Of a stretch of DNA of 37,689 nucleotides, positions 1-9,980 are shown one piece after another (position 1 is the first letter of the stretch; every line of letters begins with the position of its first letter). Source of the DNA: Chiloscyllium plagiosum (lineage: Eukaryota). The stretch covers positions 103,408,733-103,446,421 of the forward strand of contig NC_057718.1 in assembly GCF_004010195.1 (NCBI RefSeq), in the 5' to 3' direction. The notes below the pieces were generated by a model. That model ran no database searches. It saw only the letters and a program-made list of their open reading frames with translations, and was not told the DNA's origin. A program made the translations under genes and the position numbers.

Positions 1-163
1 GGGAGAGGGTGTGGGATAGAGGGAGAGAGAATGGGAGAGAGGGAGAGGGAGAGGGTGTGGGATAGAGAGAGAGAGAATGGGATAGAGGGAGAGAGAATGG
101 GAGAGAGGGAGAGGGAGAGGGTGTGGGATAAAGGGAGAGAGTGGGATAGAGGGAGAGAGAATG
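1..163. repeat. GA-rich degenerate tandem repeat (gggagagagaatgggagaga / gggtgtgggatagag units), runs off window start
   Basis: Directly visible purine-rich repeated units. Confidence 0.95.
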
Positions 164-384
164 GAGTCATGTGGCTCCATTTGAGATTGGGATAAGACAA
201 TTGTAATTTGTTTTAACTCAGTGACAGAAAATTTGAGATCTGCCTGAGAGGCGTGCGCTCTCTCAATCTCTCTCTTTCTGTTTCTTCCATTTCAGCATCT
301 CTCAATACTGACAGTGTGTTAGCTTTTTAAAATGTAGATAGGTACATATTTGCATAATCCAAATTGTCAATAATTTTTGCATCA

Positions 385-578
385 AAAACAGAAATTACGG
401 GGAAAACCCAGCCGCTCTGGCAGCATCTGTAGAGAGAAAACAGAGTTCTGAAGAAGGGTCAGTGGACCCAACATGTTAACTCTGAATGCTCTCCATGGAT
501 GCTGCCAGACCTGCTGAGATTTTCCAGCAATTTCTGTTTCTGTTTCTGATTTCTCGCATCTGTAGTACTTTTGTTTTT
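385..578. mobile_element. Penelope-like element terminal remnant, partly palindromic (family A), degenerate hammerhead motif at 448-480
   Basis: Arms aaaacagaaatt..tctggcagcatc / gatgctgccaga..aatttctgtttc are reverse complements; central ctgaaga-agggtc-agtg-gaccc..gttaac. Same family at 1717, 22735 and 24594. Confidence 0.75.
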
Positions 579-934
579 AATTATTTTTGCATCTTTCCTT
601 AAGTTTGGTTTTGATAGTGAATTAGTTACTTGTTATTGACTAAGAAACCTGCGTGACTTGTTCTGAATATTGAATCATACACAGTCTGAGACCCAGACCA
701 TTGACCATATCACCACCCTGGTTCCATTTAAATCAGGTTGTGACCAACAGAGGAGTGGGGCAAGGAAAGGAAACAATGACCCCTTCCACCTTACTCGTAA
801 CAAAAACAAGATGCAATCACAACATGATCACATTATACCTCAAATCCATTAGCTGGTAATCCCCTGGAACAAGTCAATAGGAACCCATCAGTGACCTTTA
901 CATGATTTTGTGGGAACTAGTGTACATACTTAAC

Positions 935-1362
935 TTTCTGACAGTGTGGCAATCCCTCAGCATTGACCCTCTGACAGTGCGGCGCTCCCTCAGTACTGAC
1001 CCTCCGACAGTGCGGCCCTCCCTCAGCACTGACTCTCTGTCAGTGCAGCGCTCCCATAGCACTGACCCTCTGACAGTGCGGCGTTCCCTCAGCACTGACT
1101 CTCCGTCAGTGCAGTGCTCCCACAGCATTGACCATCTAACAGTGCAGTCCTCCCTCAGCACTGACTCTCCATCAGTGCAGCACTCCCTCAGCACTGACCC
1201 TCCGACAGTGCAGCACTCCTTCAGCACTGACCCTCCGACAGTATGGCGCTCCCTCGGCACTGACCCTCTGACAGTGCAGCACTCCGTCAGTACTGACCCT
1301 CTGACAGTGCAGCACTCCGTCATTACTGACCCTCTGACAGTGCAGCACTCCATCAGTACTGT
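935..1362. repeat. 33-bp minisatellite, about 13 copies (ctccctcagcactgaccctc(c/t)gacagtgcagca)
   Basis: Directly visible; gives the 11-aa repeats (SLSTDPPTVQH) in the ORF track. Confidence 0.95.
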
Positions 1363-1460
1363 ACTGCAGTGCAGTCTGCATTTTGCCCTCTGGCCGCTGG
1401 AGTGGGACTTGAATTCATTGATCTCCTAACTCATAAGCAACTGTGCTGCTGCTGAGCAAA
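1340..1460 (-). mobile_element. Head of a tRNA-derived Deu-domain-type SINE, contiguous with the minisatellite
   Basis: gcagcactcc..cagtactg..ctggagtgggacttgaa..ctgagc is the reverse complement of a tRNA-like head; similar to 35025-35135. Confidence 0.55.
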
Positions 1461-1716
1461 CACTGCCTGAAGGGAGGCCCCAAATTGTGCCTGAATGCCC
1501 TGTGACATTTTGGTTGCAAGGTGACCAACTGTCCTATATTTTAATAAACTGCCCCTTACTTGACTATATGCCTGAATCCCTTAAGGATCACTATTTGTGC
1601 TGCATTTGCAGGTCTGTCTATGTGACTCTGAGTTCACATGTCTCAATAATTTGTGTGGGATTGCAAATCTGCAGGGTAGCTGGCAGAGCTGATAGTGTAG
1701 CCATTTACAACATGAG

Positions 1717-1812
1717 ATCTGAAGAACAGTCATATTGGACTTGCAAGATTAGCTCTGTTTCTCTCCCCACATTCCCTGCCAGACTTGCTGAGTTTCTCTA
1801 ACAATTTCTGTC
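1717..1812 (+). mobile_element. PLE family A terminal fragment, degenerate
   Basis: ctgaagaacagtcatattggac...ctgccagacttgctgagtttctc..caatttctg matches the right arm of 385-578. Confidence 0.6.
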
Positions 1813-3014
1813 TTCACTTTAGATCTTTAAACATGAATGTTTTGACAGTCCTACACCAAGCCAAAACAAAATTCAATCTGTAACCATATGTAAATTGAAG
1901 TACTATTGCCTCAGCTTTGTAAAATAGCTTGCAAGCAGAAACAGGAATGTAGTTGGGGACGGGCATCATATTCAATAGAGGTGATGACTGGTGTTGCATT
2001 CAGTAGCACCAGAGAGCTCTCATCTATGAAGATTGGATCATTGTTGGTAAAGACACAGACATAAGGCATTGATATAGCAGAGGTTAGCACATCTTGAGTG
2101 AAATAACTTGGCATGACAGCTTCAGAGTGTTGCAATCAAGCTGCCCCTGCTAATGTGAAACCTCCAAACAGAAAAACTGCTCAAGTCCTTGATGGAGTGG
2201 GTTAAAAAGGTCCCGGGAATGTGATAAGATTAGACCACGCTGTCATCGTGTGGGGCGTGATTCATCGCTGGATATACACCGACATGTAACAATGCAACAG
2301 ATGTGCAAGAAATTGCATTCAGAAAACCATTTGCCGAAAATCTGTCAGTTCAGCCATTCCAAAGTGTAATGGAAATCTGCCACAGCTTGGAAAATGCCTC
2401 AGAGGGAGTCTCTTGCAGTGGTATGCAGGAAGAAGTGAGTCTGTTTTGATATAAACATTTTAAGCCCCATATCTTGTTCTTCCATCATATTGGATTTCGT
2501 TATGAGCACTATGCTTGCTTCTATCTGAACAGTACAGACTGGGGTGAAGTGATGAACTTCATCTACATTTACACAGTATAATTCAGGGAAGCCATTGCAT
2601 CAAGGATCACAGCAAGGGTTAGTTAGGTTCTCCTGCCAAAGCACAAATGTATTTGTGTAAGTTAAACAAATACTGTGTTTATCAAGTATACTGTCACCTC
2701 CTGAACAAAGATGTTCTCGACACCGTAAATTTGATCTGGTTGCTCGCACAGCTCACTGAGGCAAGAATGTGCTGTCGCTTTATGTTTTCCTTTGTAATAA
2801 CCAGCTGCCTTGGAGCATCTACTTTTTTCCTTCTTGGGATGTGGGTGCTGATTTTTAAAATGCTGGAGAAACTCAGCAGGTTTGGCAGCATCTGTGCGGA
2901 GGGAAGATCAGTATTTTTTGCCAATCCCTAACTGACCTGGAGTCAAGTGGTTCCTGAAGACTAGGTTCTGGAGTCACGTTTAGACTGAGCAGAAGTTATA
3001 GAAGTTTGAATACA

Positions 3015-3250
3015 TGTACAAACAGATTCAAGAACAGCTTCTTCCCCGTTGTTATCAGACCTTTGAACGGACCTCTCTAATATTAAAGTTGATCCCTCTC
3101 TGTCTCTGTCTGCACCTTCTCTGTGGCTGTAACACCGTATTCTGCACTCTGTTCTGCTACCCTGATGCATAGTAGAATCTGCCCGTACAGCACGCAAAAC
3201 AACACTTTTCACTGTATCTCAGTACATGTGACAACAATAAATCAATCAAA
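3015..3250 (+). mobile_element. Rex1/Babar-like LINE 3' end
   Basis: agattcaagaacagcttcttccccgttgttatcagacctttgaac translates RFKNSFFPVVIRPLN, an ORF2 C-terminal motif; 3'UTR ends cacttttcactgta..gtgacaacaataaatcaatcaa. A related tail is at about 23050-23115. Confidence 0.6.
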
Positions 3251-3254
3251 TTTC

Positions 3255-3432
3255 TTTCCCTAAAGTGAACCAGAAGGACTTTTAACAAAAAAATTAAACG
3301 CTTCCAGGGTCATTGTTATTGAGATTTATTAAGTGAATGCAAAGCCTATGAGGTACTGCAGTGGGATTTGAACCCATTCCCCAAAGCGTTTAGGTTACAG
3401 GTCCAGCGACATTGCCAGATGTCAGCATCGCC
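3255..3432 (-). mobile_element. Degenerate tRNA-derived SINE (same family as 13720-14107)
   Basis: ttccctaaagtgaaccagaagg..gtgggatttgaaccc is the reverse complement of the body and B-box of 13720-14107. Confidence 0.55.
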
Positions 3433-3473
3433 CCTGATATGCTGCTCACTCTCAAGGTCCCTCTCCTTTATCA

Positions 3474-4938
3474 TGTCACTTTTGTTGGTTCATTAGCAAT
3501 AAGTCAAAGAGCTGCAAGCCACCATTGGGAAAACAAGACAAAAGAGAGAAAAGATCAAATCTCCCTTTGGACTTGAAAAGTATTAAGTCCAGAAAATCTA
3601 CCACTCCTGAAACAATTATCCTAGACCTTAGCTGCAGGAGTAACATATTGAAGTTTTTCAACATATCAGCCAAAAACACAGCTTTAAGTTTCAAGTTGGA
3701 GTAAAGACCACATCTTTTTACTTTTCTGTATTTGTGATTGTGGACTGAAATAGGAAAAGAATAGTTTTTGAGACCAAGCTGTGGAAGGGTTTTATAAGCA
3801 AGCTACCAGCACGTGTTGTCAGTGCAGTTTGTATACACGGGTTGTGGGCCTGAGGACATTGGGGGTGGGAGGTGGTGGTGGTGGGGGGGGGGGGTGCGTG
3901 GGTAAAGGTGCAGACGAACTGTCTTCAGAGAATGTGCACAGAATGAGATTCAACTAGCAACAAGTAGCTGATTGGTCTGTGGAATGATGACCATTCGTTG
4001 ATCACAAAGACCTTTTGCCTGCCAGCAACTACGTGATTGGCTCCCAGGTCACTGATTAACTTATGGGGGTATAAACAGGTCAATCAGAAGCCTTCAGACC
4101 TCGTCAAGGTGAGATGATTCTTTCTCTTCCTCTGCATTAGAAAACATGTAAAGCTTGAAGAAAACCAGATTATTCTCCCTCACCAATTGCTGTAAGTTGT
4201 GGCTTTTACCTGACATGTCAGAGACGTTACAAATGCTGAACCAGTCACTCTGTGCCTTCTGCAAGTAATGATGTGAAGGTGCCAGTGTTGGGTTGGGGTG
4301 GACACAGTCAGAAGTCACACGACACCAGGATTTAATCCAACAGGTTTATTTGAAATCACAAGCTTTCAAAGTGCTGCTCCTTCATCACGTCCATTTGACC
4401 TGACGAAGCAGCAGTACTTCAAAAGTTTGCAATTTCAAATAAACCTATTGGGACTATAATCTGGTATTGTGTGACTTCTGACCTTGTCCTGTAGTAAATG
4501 AAAGTAACTGGAGAAAGGAGATCGAGGAGCAGCAAGTTCTGACAAACCAAAAAGTGCATCTCAGTAAATCCTATGAACAGGGAGCATTGAACAGTCTTTC
4601 CAGTTTCTCCCCCCCACCCATAACACCTAGGCTTTCTATTGTTTCTGTCTGTGTCTGTCTGCATTTGTGTGTACAGACAGTTTCATAAAGAGAATTAGAG
4701 TTTTAACTAGTACTGCTATATACTGACAGCTCATAATATATTTATTTGTAATGAAAATCTATTTACTTACAATAAATAGTAATTCTTGTCCCATACAAAA
4801 ACCTGGTCTGTGCTTTCTATCACCTAATGAGAAGTAACTTGGGGAATTCTGTGTACTTGTTATAATATTTAACTTTTGTCAGGACTCCACAAATTGAGGG
4901 GCAAGATTTCCAGTGCACTTCCCAATGAGGTATGATCA
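3474..4938 (+). mobile_element. Solo-LTR-like element with a PLE remnant inserted
   Basis: Starts tgtcac; two ATTGG (CCAAT) boxes at about 3970 and 4036; TATAAA at 4070-4075; AATAAA at 4771-4776. Homologous over about 1 kb to the reverse complement of 14808-16000. Ends uncertain. Confidence 0.55.
4277..4489. mobile_element. PLE palindromic remnant (family B), degenerate hammerhead motifs
   Basis: Inverted arms (cagaagtcacac..ggtttatttgaaat / atttcaaataaacc..gtgtgacttctg) around ccttcatc..cctgacgaag; same family as 21378 and 23485. Confidence 0.75.
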
Positions 4939-5218
4939 AGTTAAGTAATGGATGTTTTCTTATTTGAGTGTTTTTAGATCTGGACAGGTCTTTTAATCTC
5001 ACTGATTTTTGTGACAATTATTGTTGTGACTAATGTTGCATCTACTTTAATTGAAGGATCCTCAATGAGTTGCTGAAAAGGAGTTGTGGGGGGCACAAAT
5101 GGGCACCTTCTCAAGGACAAATGCCCTCACATCCCTTAAAATAATTAAAACAAATGAGAATTGAGAAACGTTGAGCCATTCGCCCTTGTGGGTCTCATCA
5201 ATGACCATTCCCATGTGA

Positions 5219-5470
5219 CGGCACGGTGGCTCAGAGGCTAGCACCGCTGCCTCACAGCAGCAGAGACGTGCGTTCAATTCTGCCCTTGGGCGACTGTTCC
5301 TCCAGACACTCCGGTTTCCTCCCACAGTCTAAAGATGTGCAGCCTGAGCAGATTCACCATGGGAAATGCAGGGGTACAGGGATAGGGTGAGTCTGGGTGG
5401 GATGCGCTTTGGAGGGTCAGTGTGGACTCACTTGGGCTGAATGGCCTATTTCTACACTGTAGGCATTCTA
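5219..5470 (+). mobile_element. HE1-type V-SINE with HER1/CR1-derived tail
   Basis: ggcacggtggctcag (A box), gcgttcaattc (B box), ctccggtttcctcccacagtctaaagatgtgcag (V domain), tail gggctgaatggcct..ctgtag. Confidence 0.85.
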
Positions 5471-5989
5471 AAGGTTTGGCACACAGCTCCCATAGTCTGG
5501 ACAGGTCAATGGTCCGCGCTGCATTCTAAGATACAACCCAATTGCCTGGGCAGGTACAGCTGCAACTGCACAGAAGAGTTCAAAACCATCCAGGACTCAA
5601 TGGTAGTTTGGTTCCAGCTGTGGTTGGATGGACTTCCTGAATTTTGAACTGGACTGCACTATGTGGATGGTACCGAGTCTCAGGGTTTGGGAGAGACACT
5701 GACAGAGATCAGCTGGTGTAAGCGGAATAATTTCTCAGACTGGGTGGTCAGCAGAAACAACTGAGGCCAGCTGTTGAAATGTTTGTTATTTGTAATTTGT
5801 TTGCCGCTGGGAGGTGGGAGTCATAGGCAGGGCCTTGTGAAGGCCACGGTGAGCTACCTTCCTCATGTTGCTACAGTCCATCCTGAAGGTTCTCTCACGG
5901 CACTCTCGGGTCAGCAATGCCAGGAATTTGGCAATGAACCAATGAACTCCCTACCCACGGGCAACACAGGAAGCTGTGTGAAGGCAAAC

Positions 5990-6635
5990 TTGCAGTTTCC
6001 CACGCCTTTGCTGCCCTTATCCCTCCTGGTGGGTAGAGATAGTGGGTATGGTAGGTGCTGTTGGAGGAACCTTGGTGAGTTACGTCAGTGCCTCTTGTAG
6101 CTGTTACAGTGTGGTGTTGGAGGGAGTGGATGTTTGCAGATGTGGTGCCAATCAAGAAGGCTGCTTTGTTCTGGATGGTGTTGAGCTTCTTGAGTGTTGT
6201 TGGAGATGCAACCATCCAGGCCAGTGGTGAGTGTTCCACCACACTTCTTATTTATGCCTTGCATATGGTGGACAGGCTTTGGGGAGTCAACACATGAGTT
6301 ATCAGAGAATTCTAAGCATTTAACCAGTTCTTATAGCCAATGAATATGGCTGGTCTAGTCACAATGCAGCTAATTGGTAACTCCTAGGATATTGATTATG
6401 GGGGATTCAGTGATGGTCACACCATTGAGAGTCAAGGGCAATGGTTAGATTCTGTTTTGATGGAGATGGTCATTGCCTGGCGCTTGTGTGCCATGGACAT
6501 TATTTGTCACTTTTTGTTCAAGCCTGGATATTCTAGCTGCATTTGTAAGCAACAGTATCAGTATCAGAGGAGTCATGAATGGTGCTGAACATTGCTGAAC
6601 CATCTGCGAACATCCCATGAGAAGAGATTGGTTCA
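5990..6635 (-). mobile_element. CR1/L2-group LINE ORF2 3' fragment, decayed
   Basis: Minus ORF VEHSPLAWMVASPTTLKKLNTIQNKAA matches the EYSP..W..L..IQ..A motif; same family as 35220-36350. Confidence 0.8.
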
Positions 6636-6644
6636 CCTGGGCCT

Positions 6645-7027
6645 GAATTGGGTTTAGAAGGATGAGCGGGAATCTGACTGAACTGTATAAAATTCTAACA
6701 GGGCTGAACTGAATAGATGCTGGGAGGATGTTTCCCCTGAGTGGGGGAGTCTGGAACCAGGGGATACAGTCTCAGTTTGGAGGGTAGGCCATTTAGGACT
6801 GAGATGGGAAACATTTCTTCACTCAGAGGGGAATGAACCTGAGGAATTTTCAACCACAGAAGACTGTGAAAGTGAAATGATTTAACATATTCAAAAAAAA
6901 GAGAGATACATTTCAAAGGGTATGGGGAGAAAGTAGGACATTGAGACAGAGGATCAGCCATGATCAGACTTACAGAAAGAATTGATTTGAATGGGCTCGA
7001 TGGTCTGTTCCTGGTTCTATGTTTCTA
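6645..7027 (+). mobile_element. CR1/HER1 LINE 3' end
   Basis: Degenerate RRMRGDL.E.YKI.....TRGHSL motif and ..ttcctggttctatgtttcta tail. Confidence 0.85.
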
Positions 7028-7287
7028 ATACAGCATGATTTGGTTTGATACTTTGATGAGATCCCAAAACCCACATTAAAAGCTCACCGGACACTACACC
7101 CAAACTGGACACACACATCAAACAGATCGAGGTTTGGATATGCATGGCACTTATACAGCCACTGACAAGAGTAAGACACCTCAACAAGATCATTTAAAAA
7201 CACTGAGCTCACATCTAGAGATAGATTTGAACAAATGACCCAAAGCTCGCTCAAACAGGTAGGTTTTAAGAAGTGCATTTAAAGTGA

Positions 7288-8040
7288 GAGTCATCGAGTC
7301 ATCCAGCACAGAAACAGACCCTTCGATCCAACCAGTCCATGCTGACCATGTTCCCAAACTAAACTAGTCCCACCTGCCTGTGCTTGGCCCATATCCCTTT
7401 CCTATTCACGTACTTGTCCAAGTGTCTTTTAAACATTGTAACTGTACCCACATTCCCCACCTATTCTGGCAGTTCATTCCACACACGAACCACTCTCTGT
7501 GTAAAATATGTTGCCCCTTGTGTCCTTTTTAAAGGTTTGTCCTCTGAGCTAAAAAATATGCACTTTGGTTTTGAACTCTCCCACCTTAGATAAAAGAGCC
7601 TTGCTAGTCACCTCATTTGTGCCTCTCATGATTTTCTAAACCTCCATAAGGTCACCCCTCAACCTCTTACATTCCAGTGTAAAAAGATCCAACTTGTCCA
7701 GCCTATTTTTATAATTCAAACCCTTCACTCGCGGCAACGTGTTGATTAATCTTTTCTAAACCCTCTCCAGTTTAATAATATCCTTTCTGTAACAGGGTGA
7801 CCAGAACGGGACACAGTGCTCCAGAAGAGGCCTCACCAATGTCCTGTACAACCTCAACATGACGCCCCCAACTCTTATACTCAGAGGACTGAGCAATGAC
7901 AGCAAGCTTAATAACTGCCTTCTTAACCACCCTTTCTACCTGTGATGCAAATTTCAAAGAATGATGTACCTGAACCCCTAGGTCTCTCTGTTCTGCAACA
8001 CTACCCAGGGCCCTGCCATTAATTGTGTAAGACCTGCCCA
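7288..8040 (-). mobile_element. CR1/HER1 LINE 3' fragment
   Basis: Minus ORF YTINGRALGSVAEQRDLGVQVH; HER1-type tail at 7290-7390. Confidence 0.9.
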
Positions 8041-8296
8041 GGCAAAAACATTTGGGAAAGATTAGAGTGCAGGCTACAGAGAGTACAGTCACCAATGGTG
8101 AAGTGATTAAAATGAGGGATGAGCAAGAGACCAGAACTGTAGGAGCACAGGCAATTGTGAGGCTGTGTCAGAAACCGGTGTCTGGGGGATTGGAAACAAG
8201 GTTTTAAAGTGGGGGCTCTCACCCTGTCCCAGAGCTGCATTAATCAAACCAGGAACTTCGATGGGTTTCAGTGGATGCTAACAGTAATCCACTTTT

Positions 8297-8402
8297 TGTG
8301 GTGCAGTGCTAGTGTCCCTCCCTCTGAGGCAGGAGATCCAGCTTCAAGTTCCACCTGCTCTGCAGGTGAGCAACAACCCATCCGAACTTGTTGATTAGAA
8401 TA
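8297..8402 (+). mobile_element. Short tRNA-derived SINE (second copy at about 18345-18450)
   Basis: gtggtgcagtgctagtgtccct..gcttcaagttccacctgctc (A/B-box-like); similar sequence at 18355-18450. Confidence 0.5.
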
Positions 8403-9796
8403 TACGAAAGGAGTCATGAAACCCTGTTAGGGCTCAATGCTCTTCTGAAGATAGCTCACCGTTACTGCGTCTGGAGGTAGAAACTGGCGGCTTTTCCTGA
8501 GGTTCAATTAAAATCAGGATCCAGAGGGCAACAGAAATCAGGCGGGCAACGTGGAAGGGTGACATGTACGGCTCAACAAAGGGCTGGAAAGTTTGTGTGA
8601 AACCTGCAGAACATCTGAGACTAAGGTTCACTTTACTATTTCCTGGGATGAAATGGCTGCGCTATAAAAGGAGAGGTTGGTGCAATGTCATTTCAGAGAT
8701 GGTCTTGTTGATCCTCTCGTTTTTCTTTAGCCTCAGACCAATTCTCCAAACACTCAATGTGTATCAGTAGTTAAACGTCTTGCTGTATTCTATCACAGTG
8801 CACAGTTTGGAGTGCTGCCCTTTATTTAAGATGATTCCCCTTGAGACAGCAAGTTAAAAATAAATTGAACAAATCGGCAAAGTCAAATACAGAACTTTGC
8901 CATCCTTTCAACAGGTCAGTATGCCATATGATAGCAGTGTACAAATGCAAACAGTTTGCTCTAATATTCTCATTTCTGCTGCTAAAGAGTACAAGTGTTA
9001 ACTGTTACAAATAAATAATTTCACACCTTTCTCTAAAACAGTAAAGAACCTCAGGCAGAGCCTTGTTCCTCTTACACTAGTATTTTATGGTAAAATGATA
9101 GTGCCAATGTTTTGTTTGGTTCTGACTATGTAACTTCAAAACTGTCTTCATTTCCAAAACATAAGGGGTTGTGAGAAGCCTTTACTTATTTTTGTTTCCT
9201 TACCCTGAAAGATTACAGTTGTACATCACCAAGACTGGACCATAGTAAAGTCAGACCAATTCTAGCAGAAGCGAGAAGGAGCTCAAAGAGTTTGTTAAAA
9301 TAAAAACAGGTGAAAAACATGGCAAAGGTGTTTAGTAATGAGAGAGGATCTCATTTGTCCCACTGCACCTGAACTGCAACCCTGAACCAGTTAGTTAGAC
9401 AAACACCTATTAGTGACTTAGACACATCAAGCATTACCTTATAAATAACTGAACGTTCCCCAAGCAATGCCAACCCCTTCGCCCTCTTCGACAGGTAATC
9501 AAAAACATCTACAGCAAATTCACACCAAGCCATGCACCAGGAAGTTGTCACAGTAGCAGAGAGTAAAAGCTGGGAAGAAAACTCTAAAATTCAATCAAAT
9601 AAATAAATATTAACGTTTAATTCAGCTTTTAAAATAGAATGCCCTTAACGCAGGACATCGAGCTATAAGTTACTATCATTAAAAAAAAGTCTAAAAAGTT
9701 GGAAGATATCATGTAAGGTAAACTTATTAGTTTGGTTATGGCAGGAAAGTCCTATTTTAATTTAGTGGTCAGTCATTCCCAGCATTGAGTGTCTAT

Positions 9797-9885
9797 TTAT
9801 TTACCAGTTAATGGCTCTCCCAGTGAATGGCTTGAGGATGATTTTCGCCTGTGTGACTTGAATACAGTTACTATTGGGGACTTGC
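9797..9885 (-). other. In-frame extension of the MEIS exon (GKSPIVTVFKSHRRKSSSSHSLGEPLT|GK*): alternative 5' splice site or terminal exon
   Basis: Open frame from the GC donor (9885) to ACTG|GTAAAT (exon end 9805) is 81 nt in the same phase; TAA at 9797-9799; AATAAA at 9796-9801 on the minus strand. Confidence 0.6.
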
Positions 9886-9944
9886 CTGCTCGATTAGATT
9901 GGTCAATCATAGGCTGGACTATCCTTCTCCTGGCATTTATAAAC
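9886..9944 (-). CDS. MEIS: MEIS-family TALE homeobox gene, 59-bp internal exon (homeodomain helix 3 end; equivalent to mammalian MEIS1/2 exon 10); paralogue unresolved
   Basis: Encodes (W)FINARRRIVQPMIDQSNRA, identical to MEIS1/2; acceptor ttccacAG|G; 59 nt; phases 2/1; donor CAG|GCAAGT. Confidence 0.95.
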
Positions 9945-9980
9945 CTGTGGAAAAGGAGGAGAAAAGAAAGGTTACTTTGA
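9945..9980 (-). promoter_or_regulatory. 3' splice site: branch-point-like AGTAAC, polypyrimidine tract and AG
   Basis: Minus strand reads AAAGTAACCTTTCTTTTCTCCTCCTTTTCCACAG. Confidence 0.85.

Noticed and set aside
166..802. Possible third solo LTR ending ..cgtaaca
   Set aside because: Only a suggestive terminus and composition; no second copy or TSD in the window.
935..1362. CRISPR-like array
   Set aside because: Contiguous tandem units with no unique spacers, in vertebrate DNA with no cas genes.
898..1429. ORFs of 151-175 aa with Cys-rich or SLSTDP repeats
   Set aside because: By-product of a 33-bp (multiple of 3) minisatellite that is open in several frames on both strands.
3860..3903. 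G-quadruplex-prone G run (also C run at 22295-22334)
   Set aside because: Low-complexity expansion inside a repeat or beside an assembly gap; no evidence of function.
5170..5225. HMGM peptide resembling the end of the next MEIS exon
   Set aside because: Upstream residues come from the SINE; no QPM motif or splice sites.
5219..5290. tRNA gene (also 13725-13810, 8297-8360)
   Set aside because: A/B boxes belong to SINE heads; no complete cloverleaf.
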